From a virus, in UHGV virus genome UHGV-0075239: a stretch of DNA of 64,000 nt; one strand, written 5' to 3'. The notes beneath the pieces were generated by a model that saw only the letters and a list, made by a program, of their open reading frames with translations, was not told the origin of the DNA and searched no databases. A program made the position numbers and the translations under genes. Positions 1-10,224 of this stretch are shown piece after piece (the first letter of the stretch is position 1; each line of letters opens with the position of its first letter).

Positions 1-99
1 GTGGTGAAGATGACCACGCAGTTTGACTCTCACGTTGGCGCGTGCAAGACCTCGTATGTAGCAGTTATGGCTGGCACGAGTTCGGCGTACTACAAGTGA
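1..99 (+). CDS. 3' end of a CDS entering the window (partial, unknown)
   Basis: Frame 1 is open from base 1 to TGA at 97-99. Confidence 0.5.
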   Translation: MVKMTTQFDSHVGACKTSYVAVMAGTSSAYYK

Positions 100-123
100 G
101 GTTATATTATTCAGAGGTGAATT

Positions 124-672
124 ATGAAATTATCCGATTCTGAAAAGGCGTTGCTAGACCAAATCATTGAGGACGCCGAAGATAAGTTTAGCTGGGAGAA
201 CTATCTCGAAGTTTACGACGGGGACTTTGACTCGGCGATGAAAGACGTCAATGACTCTATTGGCGGCGCACTGGCAAATGCGGCACTGGCAATCGCTGAG
301 CAGAAGAAACTTTTGCAGTCGGCGAAGACACCTCAGGCGTTGCAGACGGCACTCAAATTGATTGCGGTGACTGGCGGCAACCTCTTGCACGCTGGTTCGA
401 GTCTGTTGTCGTGGATGGGACGGAAACTGCCGCAAAGAGACTCGGCGGCTACCGAGACCTATGCAAACCTTATTTCGGACGATTACGATATGGTTGTGGC
501 GGACTCTGATAAGGCGGGACGCAAGTACGCGGTAATTCACCGCAAGGGTATGAAAGACTACGCCATTTCTTGCGGTTACGACGAGGAAACAGGCGACTTC
601 GGAACGGTGTTCGGCGGGTTTAAGACTTCGGACGCAGCAGTGGAAGAACTCGGCAGAATGCTGAAGAAGTAG
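124..672 (+). CDS. hypothetical protein, probably late/structural
   Basis: 182-aa ORF, GAGGTG RBS, preceded by GTTATATTA motif. Confidence 0.6.
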   Translation: MKLSDSEKALLDQIIEDAEDKFSWENYLEVYDGDFDSAMKDVNDSIGGALANAALAIAEQKKLLQSAKTPQALQTALKLIAVTGGNLLHAGSSLLSWMGRKLPQRDSAATETYANLISDDYDMVVADSDKAGRKYAVIHRKGMKDYAISCGYDEETGDFGTVFGGFKTSDAAVEELGRMLKK

Positions 673-682
673 GAGGCGAACA

Positions 683-2059
683 GTGGATTTTATCAAATTG
701 ACAGATACTGGCTTGAAGATTGCAACTCGCCAGGAAATATATGAGCAGCTTGCAATCTTTGCTCGCGCGGCGTATGGCAATGACATCTCTCTTGATGAGG
801 GTACGCCATTCAACGTATTTTTGCAGATGCTGGCGGATGGGCTTTCCACTGTCAACGGCTCTACTCAGGCGTTCTCGGAGCTTTTCTCGACCAAGGAGCT
901 CTCTGGGAACTTTTTGGACTTTGTAGCGGGGCAGCGCGGTATCGTCCGTAAGTCGATTCGCAACCAGAGAGTTCAAATGACCTGCACGGTTGACTCGACA
1001 GTCATCAAGCCGTTTTTGGCATCCCGCAACTCTATCTTTGTTGAGGACAATAAGGGGCGTGTATGGGTAAACACCACGCAGCTAATGATTCAGGAATACA
1101 AGTTCTCGCCAGACGGGTCGTTTGACACCGAGGAGAACTTTCAAGGCACTTGCGAGTTCGGATTGATGCCGCTGGCGGGTTACGACGCTGACCTGTTGTA
1201 TGCAAACAACTACCCAGCAATGACACCGATGAAGGCGGTTTCGCCGTCCGACCCGATGTTTATAAACCACTTCGAGTTCATCAACAAGGTCAATGCGACC
1301 CCTGCAGTACTCGAAACGGAAACGGACGCGCAGATGCGTGCACGGTATGACGCGGCGGTGTATTCCAATGCGGCGGCTACGGTGGATGGCTTGCGTTCGA
1401 ATCTTTTGAAGTTGACGGACTACGTTCGCATCATTGAGAACTTTACCAACTCGGCAAGCGTGTCCGACGAGAATCCGTACGGCATCGACCCTCATTCTGT
1501 CTGGTGCATTGTAGGAGGAGGCTCTACTGCGCCGAACTACGACGGAACGGACGCGACGGTTTCTACTGACGCAAGCGACGTAACCATCGCGCAGACCATC
1601 CTCAACTATAAGTCGCTCGGTTGCGCGGTTTCGACCTCGCCGCAGGTGGTCAATGGCACGGTGGTGATTGACGGGGTGACGTACAAGACAGGCAATTTTA
1701 TGGTTGAGATTCCTGTCGAGACCATCATCGCTCAAATTCCGTTCACGCGGTTGGTGGACAATACGGTGACGTTTGCAATCACTCTGTATACGCCGCCAAC
1801 GAACACGGACGGAACGTTGAGGAACACTGTGCGTGAGCGGGTGTCGTTCGCTTTGCAGGAATATGTGGCGGGCTTGCAACCAGGCGAGCCAATTACACTT
1901 GTGGATACGGTCAATGCAATTCAGGGCGTGCTGTCGCAGTATGATGCGGGTCTGTTCGACTTCGTATCCAGCACACCGTCTTATTCCATTGGAACAAAGA
2001 TACTGATTTATCAGAAAGCAATCGGCGGGACTGCGACGGTCAAGTTCTCTGACGAGTAA
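683..2059 (+). CDS. baseplate J-like wedge protein
   Basis: G..LD..AG.RGIVRK and ETDAQMRARY motifs typical of baseplate J; IIEN.T..G.DPHSVW.IVGGG. Confidence 0.85.
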   Translation: MDFIKLTDTGLKIATRQEIYEQLAIFARAAYGNDISLDEGTPFNVFLQMLADGLSTVNGSTQAFSELFSTKELSGNFLDFVAGQRGIVRKSIRNQRVQMTCTVDSTVIKPFLASRNSIFVEDNKGRVWVNTTQLMIQEYKFSPDGSFDTEENFQGTCEFGLMPLAGYDADLLYANNYPAMTPMKAVSPSDPMFINHFEFINKVNATPAVLETETDAQMRARYDAAVYSNAAATVDGLRSNLLKLTDYVRIIENFTNSASVSDENPYGIDPHSVWCIVGGGSTAPNYDGTDATVSTDASDVTIAQTILNYKSLGCAVSTSPQVVNGTVVIDGVTYKTGNFMVEIPVETIIAQIPFTRLVDNTVTFAITLYTPPTNTDGTLRNTVRERVSFALQEYVAGLQPGEPITLVDTVNAIQGVLSQYDAGLFDFVSSTPSYSIGTKILIYQKAIGGTATVKFSDE

Positions 2060-2070
2060 GGGGGCGGCGC

Positions 2071-2373
2071 GTGAAATCATTTGAAATGAAAGACGGCGAT
2101 ATTTATCCAGACAGGTTGGTTGAGGATGTCTACGCCATACAAGCAAATCTGACGGCAAGACTCTCTATTATAAAGGGGGAGTATAAATCGAATGTGCTGT
2201 TCGGTTTGCCGCTTGGAGCTACGAAAGATGAGACGGATTTGAATGTCCAAAAGGTGATTTTAGGTACGAACGGGGTGACGGGCATAACGACGTTTAGCTC
2301 GTCAATGGTGAACAAGGTGTACAAGTGCACGTTCACCGCTGAGACTGTATACGGGAGGATTTTATATGAATAA
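2071..2373 (+). CDS. baseplate wedge gp25/W-like protein
   Basis: 100 aa, Q.L..RL...KGE....FGLP, C-terminal T.YG; adjacent to baseplate J. Confidence 0.65.
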   Translation: MKSFEMKDGDIYPDRLVEDVYAIQANLTARLSIIKGEYKSNVLFGLPLGATKDETDLNVQKVILGTNGVTGITTFSSSMVNKVYKCTFTAETVYGRILYE

Positions 2374-3259
2374 TCCATATGATGCACTTCCGTCTTACAT
2401 CAAGGAGACGCCAAAATACTCAAAGTTTCTTGAGCTGGTCAACGCCTACATCATCTCTGGCGCGTTGGAGATGTCGCTGTTTAAGAACTCGTTCTTAGCG
2501 ATTGATAAGCCGACGTTTGTAATCCAGGCTCTGGCGAATCAGCTCAAAGTCGAGGTGGAGTTGCCTTTCGTAGACGGCAAACCAGATTGGACCTCGTATT
2601 ATGAGCGGCTGTTCTTAGCGTATCGCGCTAAGACTTTTAACATTTCATTTACAGGAAAGGCGGCGGACTTTATCACTGGTGACCCTCTGCGTGACGTGAG
2701 TTCGATGGTGGTTATCGACTTCTCGGTTGCGAAGGTGAACAAGGCACCGATGTCGGTCGTGTACTCGGTGCTGTCGATGGACCACAACCTCACGATTGAG
2801 ATTGTGCGTGACGTCCTCGTGCCGAACGTTACGGGAGTCAATGCGAGCCTTTATTATCTGCAATTCGGTCAGGAAGTGTTCGGATATGACATCGATGAAA
2901 AAGCGGGTATCCGTATTGGACCAGACCACGTTAACACCGTTCCGATTGACACCAACCCTTACTCGGTTGCAAGCGTTACCATACGTAATGTCGGCACTGG
3001 ATATAAGGTTGGAGATACGCTTTCGACTGCTGGCGGCATTCAGTTGCAAATCACTGATTTAGAGGCTGGTGCGTTCCTGTCGTTGCTCAATCCATCGAAC
3101 ACGTATGCAACTGACCCGACGGCGAGCGGAGTTGCGGTCACAGGCGGCTCAGGTTCTGGCATGACGGTTGACGTTGTCGGCACTGTAAGTCGGGGCTACT
3201 TCATCAGAGGCTTTGACAATGGCTCGTTCATCTCGATTACAAGGTGGGGAAATCAATGA
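2366..3259 (+). CDS. baseplate I-like (DUF2612-like) protein
   Basis: Position in baseplate module; FG.D and GFD.G.F motifs; G.GYKVGD beta insert. Confidence 0.55.
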   Translation: MNNPYDALPSYIKETPKYSKFLELVNAYIISGALEMSLFKNSFLAIDKPTFVIQALANQLKVEVELPFVDGKPDWTSYYERLFLAYRAKTFNISFTGKAADFITGDPLRDVSSMVVIDFSVAKVNKAPMSVVYSVLSMDHNLTIEIVRDVLVPNVTGVNASLYYLQFGQEVFGYDIDEKAGIRIGPDHVNTVPIDTNPYSVASVTIRNVGTGYKVGDTLSTAGGIQLQITDLEAGAFLSLLNPSNTYATDPTASGVAVTGGSGSGMTVDVVGTVSRGYFIRGFDNGSFISITRWGNQ

Positions 3260-3756
3260 GCTTTATCAACGTAAAAATCACCCAACCGCCGAAATTGAGT
3301 GTGCCGTTCAAAGGGTGCATTTATCTCGGCGTTCCAAAGTCGAAGTCGCAGCTTGTCAAGGGAAAGAAGACGAAAGCACGAACAGAATTTACCAATGCGG
3401 ATATTCTGTTCGTGCTGGAAAATGGTTCGCCCGCGCGTAACATTGTACCACGACCCTTATTGAGTTCGGTGCTGAAACTGCACCAGAACGAACTCAAAGA
3501 AGCGTTGTACAACGCGCTCCCGATTATTTTCGGTGGTGAAGAGAAGGACATCGACATCTACTTTGAGAAGTTGGCTCTGCGCATTCAGGGCTGGACTCAG
3601 ATGTTTATGGTTCGCGAGGGTCAGCAGTTGTGGAAGCCGTCTATCAGGGTTTTGAAAGCGCAAGCGCGTGGCGAGGAAGCCAAGACGATGATTGATTCTG
3701 GGTCATTGAGGCAGTCAATCATAGCATTTTACTCAAAAGATGGGAGTTCTGATTGA
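3256..3756 (+). CDS. neck/tail-completion (virion morphogenesis) protein
   Basis: E.GSP..NI.PRP.L and C-terminal MIDSGSLRQSI motifs. Confidence 0.7.
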   Translation: MSFINVKITQPPKLSVPFKGCIYLGVPKSKSQLVKGKKTKARTEFTNADILFVLENGSPARNIVPRPLLSSVLKLHQNELKEALYNALPIIFGGEEKDIDIYFEKLALRIQGWTQMFMVREGQQLWKPSIRVLKAQARGEEAKTMIDSGSLRQSIIAFYSKDGSSD

Positions 3757-4490
3757 TGTACGGATACGTTTACTTGACTAAAAACTCTAAAAATGGACTT
3801 ATTTATGTAGGTCAACATAAGGGAGAGTTTGACCCCACCTATTTTGGAAGCGGGACTTTAATACGTAAAGCGATTAAAGAGTTTGGTGTGGGTTCTTTTT
3901 CTGTTTCGGTTTTGGAGTTTGTAGATTCTCGTGACGAGTTGAATGATAAGGAAAGGTTTTATATCGCAGAGTTAAACTCGCGTGACAGGGAAGTGGGGTA
4001 TAACCTAGCTATTGGAGGAGAGGGTGCTTTTGGTTTTTCTTGGTCTGATGAAGACAAGAAGAGAATAGGAGATTTTACTCGAGGCGGAATTTTTGTAAAC
4101 AATGGAACAGAGCAGCGTAGAGTCGCAAGGGATGTTCTTGGGGACTATTTGGATGCGGGGTATTGCGTAGGAAAGTTAAAATCTACCTGCGATAAAATAA
4201 GTAAAAGTTTGCTCGGACGGTGTGTTTCCACTGATACAAAGAAAAGGCTAAGAGATTCAATTTGTGGTCGGCGTTGGTGCAACAATGGAACAGAGCAGCG
4301 GCAGGTGACGCAAGAAGATTTTGACGCCTTATTGTCAGATGGTTGGGTGGCTGGTATGCTACCTATGTCATCTGGGCATCGGAAGGTGTTGAGTGAATCT
4401 CTTAAAGGTCATTCTGATACTGAGGAGACTAGAAAGAGAAAATCAGAGGCGCAACGTATTGCGTGGGTGCGCAGAAAGTCGTTATCTTAA
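3753..4490 (+). CDS. GIY-YIG homing endonuclease
   Basis: GYVY...YVGQH..Y.GSG, GYNL..GG, NUMOD-like repeats (NNGTEQR twice); AT-richer than flanks. Confidence 0.9.
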   Translation: MMYGYVYLTKNSKNGLIYVGQHKGEFDPTYFGSGTLIRKAIKEFGVGSFSVSVLEFVDSRDELNDKERFYIAELNSRDREVGYNLAIGGEGAFGFSWSDEDKKRIGDFTRGGIFVNNGTEQRRVARDVLGDYLDAGYCVGKLKSTCDKISKSLLGRCVSTDTKKRLRDSICGRRWCNNGTEQRQVTQEDFDALLSDGWVAGMLPMSSGHRKVLSESLKGHSDTEETRKRKSEAQRIAWVRRKSLS

Positions 4491-4506
4491 CTATGAGGAG
4501 TCTATC

Positions 4507-5643
4507 ATGAAATATTATGAGAACGTAAATATCCCAGTGTTCGGAAGCGGCGCGGTAGCGGTCGCGTGGACTGACCCTGTGTCTGCGCCATCGGCTGGCG
4601 TGTACTTTTCCGACAAAGACTGGTTAAAGCCTACAAACGCTACCAGGGTTCAGGGTGTCGTGGAAGGCATTGCGCGGTCGGTTGATTACAACACGATTCT
4701 TAGGCAGTGTTCTACGATGTCATCGCTGTTCGCCAACATTCTGGCGTACAGGAACAGCCTTACACGTACTGGTCAAAGCACACCGTACGGCGGTTCGGCA
4801 ACTGCTCCGATAGGCACTGACCTTATTACGGGAGAGGCAAACCTTGAGGCGCATATTGGTGCGCTGTCGAATATTTTTGACTCGACAAATTTCCTTGCGG
4901 ACAGTGAGGTCACGACCAGAACCATCAACGACTTGGCGGTTACGACTGCAAAGATTGCGGCTCTGGCGGTGACGACGGATAAGATAAATACGAATGCGGT
5001 GACCAAAGCAAAACTCGGTTCGGACTTGGTCAACACTGGGTCGGCTACCAACAACGGCATTACGGTCACTCTCAGCCAGACCAACTCGTCTGGCAATCGT
5101 GGTTTCGTCATCGGAATCAATTCGACAAAGGTTACGAACGCCGCAAACGCAGACGACTCGACAAACGCCGCAAACCTAAAGACAACGACTTCTATGGCAA
5201 ACCTTTATTTGTGTGGCACGACGAGTACGGCGGCGAATACCAACAAGCCGTTTTACAACAGCGCATCTGTGTATATGTCGAACGGCTCTCAAATTAATGC
5301 GACGGACTTCAACGTGCCGTCCGACCGCCGCTTGAAGGAAAACATCGAGGACGTTGGTAAGCACCAGGTGCGTGCGCTGGTTGAAGGTGTAAAGGTAAAG
5401 ACGTTCAATTACAAGAACGACCCTAAGCGCACCTTAATCGGTGTGATTGCGCAGGACGTTCAGGACGCGAATACGGTCATTGGAGACCTGCTGGTGGAAG
5501 AGGACGCCGACACTGGAATGCTGAAAGTGCACGGCGACAAGATGGTCTATGTGCTTTGGGATTACGTTCAGCAACAGGCTGAGACAATAAAGAAACTCAC
5601 CGAACGGGTGGAGGCTTTGGAGAAAGCGGCGGAGGCAAAATAA
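4507..5643 (+). CDS. tail fibre with C-terminal intramolecular chaperone (peptidase S74)
   Basis: AVTT.KI repeats; SDRRLKENI cleavage motif, GVIAQDV, terminal coiled coil. Confidence 0.85.
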   Translation: MKYYENVNIPVFGSGAVAVAWTDPVSAPSAGVYFSDKDWLKPTNATRVQGVVEGIARSVDYNTILRQCSTMSSLFANILAYRNSLTRTGQSTPYGGSATAPIGTDLITGEANLEAHIGALSNIFDSTNFLADSEVTTRTINDLAVTTAKIAALAVTTDKINTNAVTKAKLGSDLVNTGSATNNGITVTLSQTNSSGNRGFVIGINSTKVTNAANADDSTNAANLKTTTSMANLYLCGTTSTAANTNKPFYNSASVYMSNGSQINATDFNVPSDRRLKENIEDVGKHQVRALVEGVKVKTFNYKNDPKRTLIGVIAQDVQDANTVIGDLLVEEDADTGMLKVHGDKMVYVLWDYVQQQAETIKKLTERVEALEKAAEAK

Positions 5644-6860
5644 TGGCGTATAAGTCGAATGGCTCAAATCTGGCGAATATAGTGTATGGTTTCGGTACGG
5701 CTACAACGTACGGAAACTTTTCCACGTCCGTCATGAACAGCCACTTCAAGACTGGTGGCACGGCTATGCGCTTTGTGCCAAAGAACGCCAATTTCATGCC
5801 CTTTAGTGATATGGATGTCGGCGGTTATCAAGCGGGCGATTCCGATATTCTCAGGGCGAGCGTGTTCGCTGGCGTGAACCGTTTTATAATGTCGGGCGCA
5901 TCTGACAAAGTTACCAGAACGGATTCGAGTGTGACTGCGATTTATTACAAGGGCAATGGATACAACGGACGCGGGGAGCTGTACATTGGCGGGACGAGTT
6001 CTGGGTATCGAGTGAGCTCTGATTGCCCGCCTGTAATCCTCATTGCAATTCAAGGGGCTGGGGGTTCTGGTTCGAGCGGTCTGGCTCGCGGCAACGGATA
6101 TAGCGTTGGTATTCAGGTTTGGCAGCACGTGGGTGGCAATGGCGGTGGCTCTGGTGGTACTGCATTCTTTCAGTTGAGAATGCCGCACGACGCAACAACC
6201 CCGACCTTAGTCGGGTACTTTCAGGTTTCGAGTTCGGGCACTTCTCTGCGTGACAAGAGAAATGTTCTGTTTGCAACAGCGAGCGCGGGCGGTACTGGCG
6301 GCTCGGTGTCAGGAACACCAGACTTGTGGGACGGTCAATATAGCCATAATCAGGGAAATGGTGGTTCGGGCGGCGGCGTGACGGTTTACTCTCTGTCATC
6401 GAGACCCGAGTGGAAGAATGTAACATTCACGACCTCTACTGGCAGCACGATATCCACTATTTCGGGTGCGACTGGTGGAAAGGGCGGATACAATTACGGC
6501 TCTATTACTACGTCTGTTTCTGACAGGTACGCATCGAGTTCTGGCGGAAGCAAGTCGAGCACTTCCGTATACATCAACAATGCCAACTCTGGAAATACCA
6601 TAGTGGGAAAGAGCGGAGGCTCTGGCGGTTCAAACTCGAACAACGGAACTACGGGGTACACTGGCGCAGGTGGCGGTGGTGGTGCTGGCTCGATGTTCGG
6701 TGTTGGAGGGGCTGGAAACTCATCGCCAGGAAGTACTGCGTATGGTGCTGGCGGCGGAGGAGGAACACCGACCAAGACGAGTTGGAGAATCTTTACTGGA
6801 GGCAACGCTTGGGTATCTGGAAAGTCTGGCGCGGGCGGTTGTGTCAAATTCTTTTGGTAG
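5643..6860 (+). CDS. glycine-rich tail adhesin / receptor-binding protein
   Basis: Many GGxGG polyglycine segments, C-terminal G.GG.V.F.W; translationally coupled to the fibre gene. Confidence 0.7.
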   Translation: MAYKSNGSNLANIVYGFGTATTYGNFSTSVMNSHFKTGGTAMRFVPKNANFMPFSDMDVGGYQAGDSDILRASVFAGVNRFIMSGASDKVTRTDSSVTAIYYKGNGYNGRGELYIGGTSSGYRVSSDCPPVILIAIQGAGGSGSSGLARGNGYSVGIQVWQHVGGNGGGSGGTAFFQLRMPHDATTPTLVGYFQVSSSGTSLRDKRNVLFATASAGGTGGSVSGTPDLWDGQYSHNQGNGGSGGGVTVYSLSSRPEWKNVTFTTSTGSTISTISGATGGKGGYNYGSITTSVSDRYASSSGGSKSSTSVYINNANSGNTIVGKSGGSGGSNSNNGTTGYTGAGGGGGAGSMFGVGGAGNSSPGSTAYGAGGGGGTPTKTSWRIFTGGNAWVSGKSGAGGCVKFFW

Positions 6861-6870
6861 GAGATAATTT

Positions 6871-7395
6871 ATGGCGTTAAAGAGCGTTGAAGGAAAATAT
6901 CTTAAAGTCATTCGCGAGTTGACGGAGTTCCGTCCTACTGGTGTGACTGTTTATTATTGCGAGTTCAAGTCTGAAAAGGACAGGGACGAGTATTTCTATC
7001 GTCAGGCTGACGTTCGGGCGTTCCTCACAGAGTGTGCCGAGCGCAAGAGGCAAATGGACGATGAAATTGCCAAAGAGATGGCGGCTCTCAAGCGTGAGAT
7101 AAAATCGGAGGCGGATATTCCTGTGCACGTCAAGAAGATGATGGATGACGCAGAGCAGTTTATCATCGACGCGGATACCGTAGGAAACTACTGGGACAAG
7201 CCAGAACCGATGCCGAGGCTCTCTACTCAAAAACTGCTCGAAGAGTGCGGGTTCAAGAAAGAGTGGAAAACGCCGCTTTCGGACTGGTCTATAAATGCAC
7301 TGAACACTGGCGCGTTCACCAACCAAAATTTCACCTATGAATGTCTGTACCACGAACTGAAAAAGGTTTTCAAGGACTGTTTCGTAGATTGCTGA
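6871..7395 (+). CDS. hypothetical protein (tail-fibre associated?)
   Basis: 174-aa ORF with GGAG RBS. Confidence 0.6.
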   Translation: MALKSVEGKYLKVIRELTEFRPTGVTVYYCEFKSEKDRDEYFYRQADVRAFLTECAERKRQMDDEIAKEMAALKREIKSEADIPVHVKKMMDDAEQFIIDADTVGNYWDKPEPMPRLSTQKLLEECGFKKEWKTPLSDWSINALNTGAFTNQNFTYECLYHELKKVFKDCFVDC

Positions 7396-7463
7396 AATAA
7401 AATAATCTTTTGTAAAATATCCCCTCTTAAACGCTTGCCAAATTTTTTCGTTTGTGCTATGCT
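7394..7463 (+). promoter_or_regulatory. sigmaA-type early promoter
   Basis: AT-rich UP element, TAAACGC-TTGCCA (7435-40), 17-bp spacer, TG.TATGCT (7458-63). Confidence 0.7.
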
Positions 7464-7469
7464 ATGTAC

Positions 7470-8030
7470 ATGGCGAATATTGGTAACGCATCTCTCAACG
7501 ATGCTCAAAGAAAATTGGTTGAGGACAATGTCGGGCTTGTTTACGCCCAGGTACATAAAAGAGGAATATATGACGAAGATTTAATTCAGGAGGGAATGCT
7601 CGGCTTAATCAATGCAGCCCGCTTTTACTCACCCGAATTTGGAGCAAAGTTCAGCACGTATGCGGCTAGCTACATCTGGGCGGCTCTTTTCGGCACGTAT
7701 TCAGACAAGAAGTATGCGAAGAATGCCGCATTGACGGATTCTCTCGATGACCCAGATAAAAACATCCAGCCACCTGTGGACGGGTGTTTTTTCGATTTAT
7801 ACAGCAACGCCGACCCGCTGGTGAACGACGTAATCAAGTGCATATGCGAAGGGATGAACAAGAAAGAGGTTTGTCTGGTGCTGGGTCTTATACAGGTCGA
7901 CAAGTCGGGTTCGCCAAAACTTGATAAAGATGGAAATCTTATTCCCAATACTTCCAAGTTAAATTCTATACTAGATAAAGTCGGGAGGGACCTGTATGGA
8001 GAACGCTATGTTAAAAAAGAAAATAAATGA
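7470..8030 (+). CDS. phage RNA polymerase sigma factor-like protein
   Basis: Sigma70 region 2: LVEDNVGLV...EDLIQEGMLGLINAARFYSPEFGAKFSTYA. Confidence 0.85.
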   Translation: MANIGNASLNDAQRKLVEDNVGLVYAQVHKRGIYDEDLIQEGMLGLINAARFYSPEFGAKFSTYAASYIWAALFGTYSDKKYAKNAALTDSLDDPDKNIQPPVDGCFFDLYSNADPLVNDVIKCICEGMNKKEVCLVLGLIQVDKSGSPKLDKDGNLIPNTSKLNSILDKVGRDLYGERYVKKENK

Positions 8031-8832
8031 ATTTCTCGCCACGGAAAAGAGCGGCGATGGCAAGGGTGCGGGCAAGGTTTTCAAAGAGAATCTTGCAAAG
8101 TTTATATCAGGGATTGTGTTTGATGAAGTCAAAGCCATCCAAGACTCTATTCCTATGAAGGAAACGATACCCGAAGCCGATGCAAGTGTTATGAAGGAGT
8201 TCAAGCACGACATCGGCGAAGAGGTTTACTACGTCATGTTCAAGCAAGTGCGCTCGCAGGTGCCAGGTCGGTTGCAGGTTCAGTTCGGCTGGCAGTTTGC
8301 AGCGTTGCGCGGCAAGACGGAAGAGATTCAAATTCGAAATGACCACGGCGTTCTGTACAAGGTCAACGGAGATATGATTCTGCAAGACCTCGTGTTCAAG
8401 ACCGAGGAGGAGGCTCTGGCGAAATGCAGACAGCTCAACGCTGGCACGGAGTCTTTCGCGGTTACCAAAGCCGAATTGCCAAACATCGAGAAGTGCTGTG
8501 TTTGCGGTGCGGATGTTGACCTTAATGGCGAGTGGTTTGAAACGCATCACGCGTATCCCCTCGAGCCTGATGCGCCTGTCCTCTGTCGCGAATGCTGGGA
8601 GAAGGAACAGGAAGCAAACAAGTTGCCGCCCGACGGCAACACGCCAAAAGAGGGAGGTGAGGTAAATGGCGACGAAGAAAACGGAGACGAAGGAAACGGC
8701 GGTAGCGACGGCAACGGAAAAGAAGCCGAGGGCGAAGTCAAAGAAGACGGAAACGCCGTTGATACTGGAAGTGCGCAAGTTGGGTCTGATTCCGCAGGAG
8801 AATCTGACGGAGCACGAGAAGGAGCTGTATAA
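7996..8832 (+). CDS. hypothetical protein with CxxC...CxxC Zn finger and acidic tail
   Basis: ORF with CCVCG and CRECW. Confidence 0.55.
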   Translation: MENAMLKKKINEFLATEKSGDGKGAGKVFKENLAKFISGIVFDEVKAIQDSIPMKETIPEADASVMKEFKHDIGEEVYYVMFKQVRSQVPGRLQVQFGWQFAALRGKTEEIQIRNDHGVLYKVNGDMILQDLVFKTEEEALAKCRQLNAGTESFAVTKAELPNIEKCCVCGADVDLNGEWFETHHAYPLEPDAPVLCRECWEKEQEANKLPPDGNTPKEGGEVNGDEENGDEGNGGSDGNGKEAEGEVKEDGNAVDTGSAQVGSDSAGESDGAREGAV

Positions 8833-9280
8833 ATACTACGCAACGGCTCGTGACTGCATCACTGGAAGCATGGTTCAACTGTGTGAGCAGCTGGAGATGA
8901 CCAATGTGGAGTTCTATTCCAAAATGGACTCCGACCTTGAATTCAGCACCGCCATTTTGAGCGGTCTGTCGGACTCGAGGGCGCAGCGTCTGTTGGAGCT
9001 TGAGTCCTCACTCATCACGTTGGCTCTCGGACCTACGGTTGAGGAAAAGCGAGTGACAGAGGACGAAGACGGAATATCCACCACGACGGTAACGAAACGC
9101 TACTTGCCGAACCTGTCGGCGTTGCAGGTTCTGCTCGAGAAATATCAGGGTTCGTCTTGGTCGATTACGCAGAAAGTTCAAATCGACACTGGAAACGACC
9201 CGAAGGAAATAGACTACAGTCTGTTGACGAAGGCGCAACTAAAACAATTGGCGGCTGGGAACGCGCCGAAGGAGAATTAA
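8666..9280 (+). CDS. terminase small subunit-like protein
   Basis: LE.SL...ALG..VEE....T.KRY.PN.SA...LL, C-terminal DYS.LT..QL; strong GGAGGTGA RBS. Confidence 0.65.
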   Translation: MATKKTETKETAVATATEKKPRAKSKKTETPLILEVRKLGLIPQENLTEHEKELYKYYATARDCITGSMVQLCEQLEMTNVEFYSKMDSDLEFSTAILSGLSDSRAQRLLELESSLITLALGPTVEEKRVTEDEDGISTTTVTKRYLPNLSALQVLLEKYQGSSWSITQKVQIDTGNDPKEIDYSLLTKAQLKQLAAGNAPKEN

Positions 9281-9901
9281 ATGAGCACTATTGTTGAACA
9301 GGTAAGGGAAGGTCTTGAGGCAAAAGTCGAGGGTATTCAGAATGCCCTTTTATACGTTAAGGATGCTCGCGAGGTCGAGCGTTTGCAGAAGGATTTGCAG
9401 GGTGCTGTCGCGGCGTTAAAGAAACTCGATGAACCCGACACGCGCACCGAGGAAGAGAAAGAAAAACTTGCCGCCATGATTCAGTCGGAGACGGCGGTGG
9501 AGAGCACACCTTGGAGCAGTATGAGCCCCATCGAGAAGTTCCAGTACCACGTCAAGGCTTACTGCGACAAACTCGAAGAGACCGCGCCGCAGGTTACATC
9601 CTCGCGCATGAACATGGTTCAGGTCGTAAAGCACATGCAGAAGACCAAGGGCGACAGCGCGTTCTTTATGAATCCCATCATCGCCCAGTTCGAGAACTCT
9701 CTGGCGGAGATTTCTTACTCCGAGCAGTCCATTGAGAATCAGCTCGCGCTCAAAGATGACGCGCTGGCTCTCGCGGCTGACCAGGACTTTTTCGACAAGT
9801 TGGAACTGCTCAATCGTTTCCTCAACAATCCAATGAATCTGCCGCACCTGTCGGAAGAGAGGGAGGCGCAGATAAAGGAGTTGCGCGATGTTAAAAAGTA
9901 A
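9281..9901 (+). CDS. hypothetical helical protein
   Basis: 206-aa ORF with RBS, coupled to neighbours. Confidence 0.6.
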   Translation: MSTIVEQVREGLEAKVEGIQNALLYVKDAREVERLQKDLQGAVAALKKLDEPDTRTEEEKEKLAAMIQSETAVESTPWSSMSPIEKFQYHVKAYCDKLEETAPQVTSSRMNMVQVVKHMQKTKGDSAFFMNPIIAQFENSLAEISYSEQSIENQLALKDDALALAADQDFFDKLELLNRFLNNPMNLPHLSEEREAQIKELRDVKK

Positions 9902-10223
9902 GCGAGCACCAAAGAAAGTCACTGCACCCGATTATGTCGGAAGGGAGTCGGCTTGTATCCTGTGTGGCGGTACGTATTCTGTTACAAAGCGCACAGCGGT
10001 GACTGTGGCTACTGTGGACGGAAAGGAGTGCGCTACGGTTGTCTGCCCGCACTGCGGCAAGGTGAATCCGCTGGACGCAGACCCTACTCAGGTCTTACGC
10101 GCAAAGTTGACGAAGTTTATTCGTTCGCAGGTCGCGCCAATCAAGGCAATCGAGGATGATGCGGTTCGTCTGCCAATGCAGAAACTGCTCGATGACATAT
10201 ACGCGATTGTGCAGGAGGGTTGA
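9888..10223 (+). CDS. Zn-ribbon protein
   Basis: CILCG...CPHCG. Confidence 0.6.
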   Translation: MLKSKRAPKKVTAPDYVGRESACILCGGTYSVTKRTAVTVATVDGKECATVVCPHCGKVNPLDADPTQVLRAKLTKFIRSQVAPIKAIEDDAVRLPMQKLLDDIYAIVQEG

Positions 10224-10224
10224 C

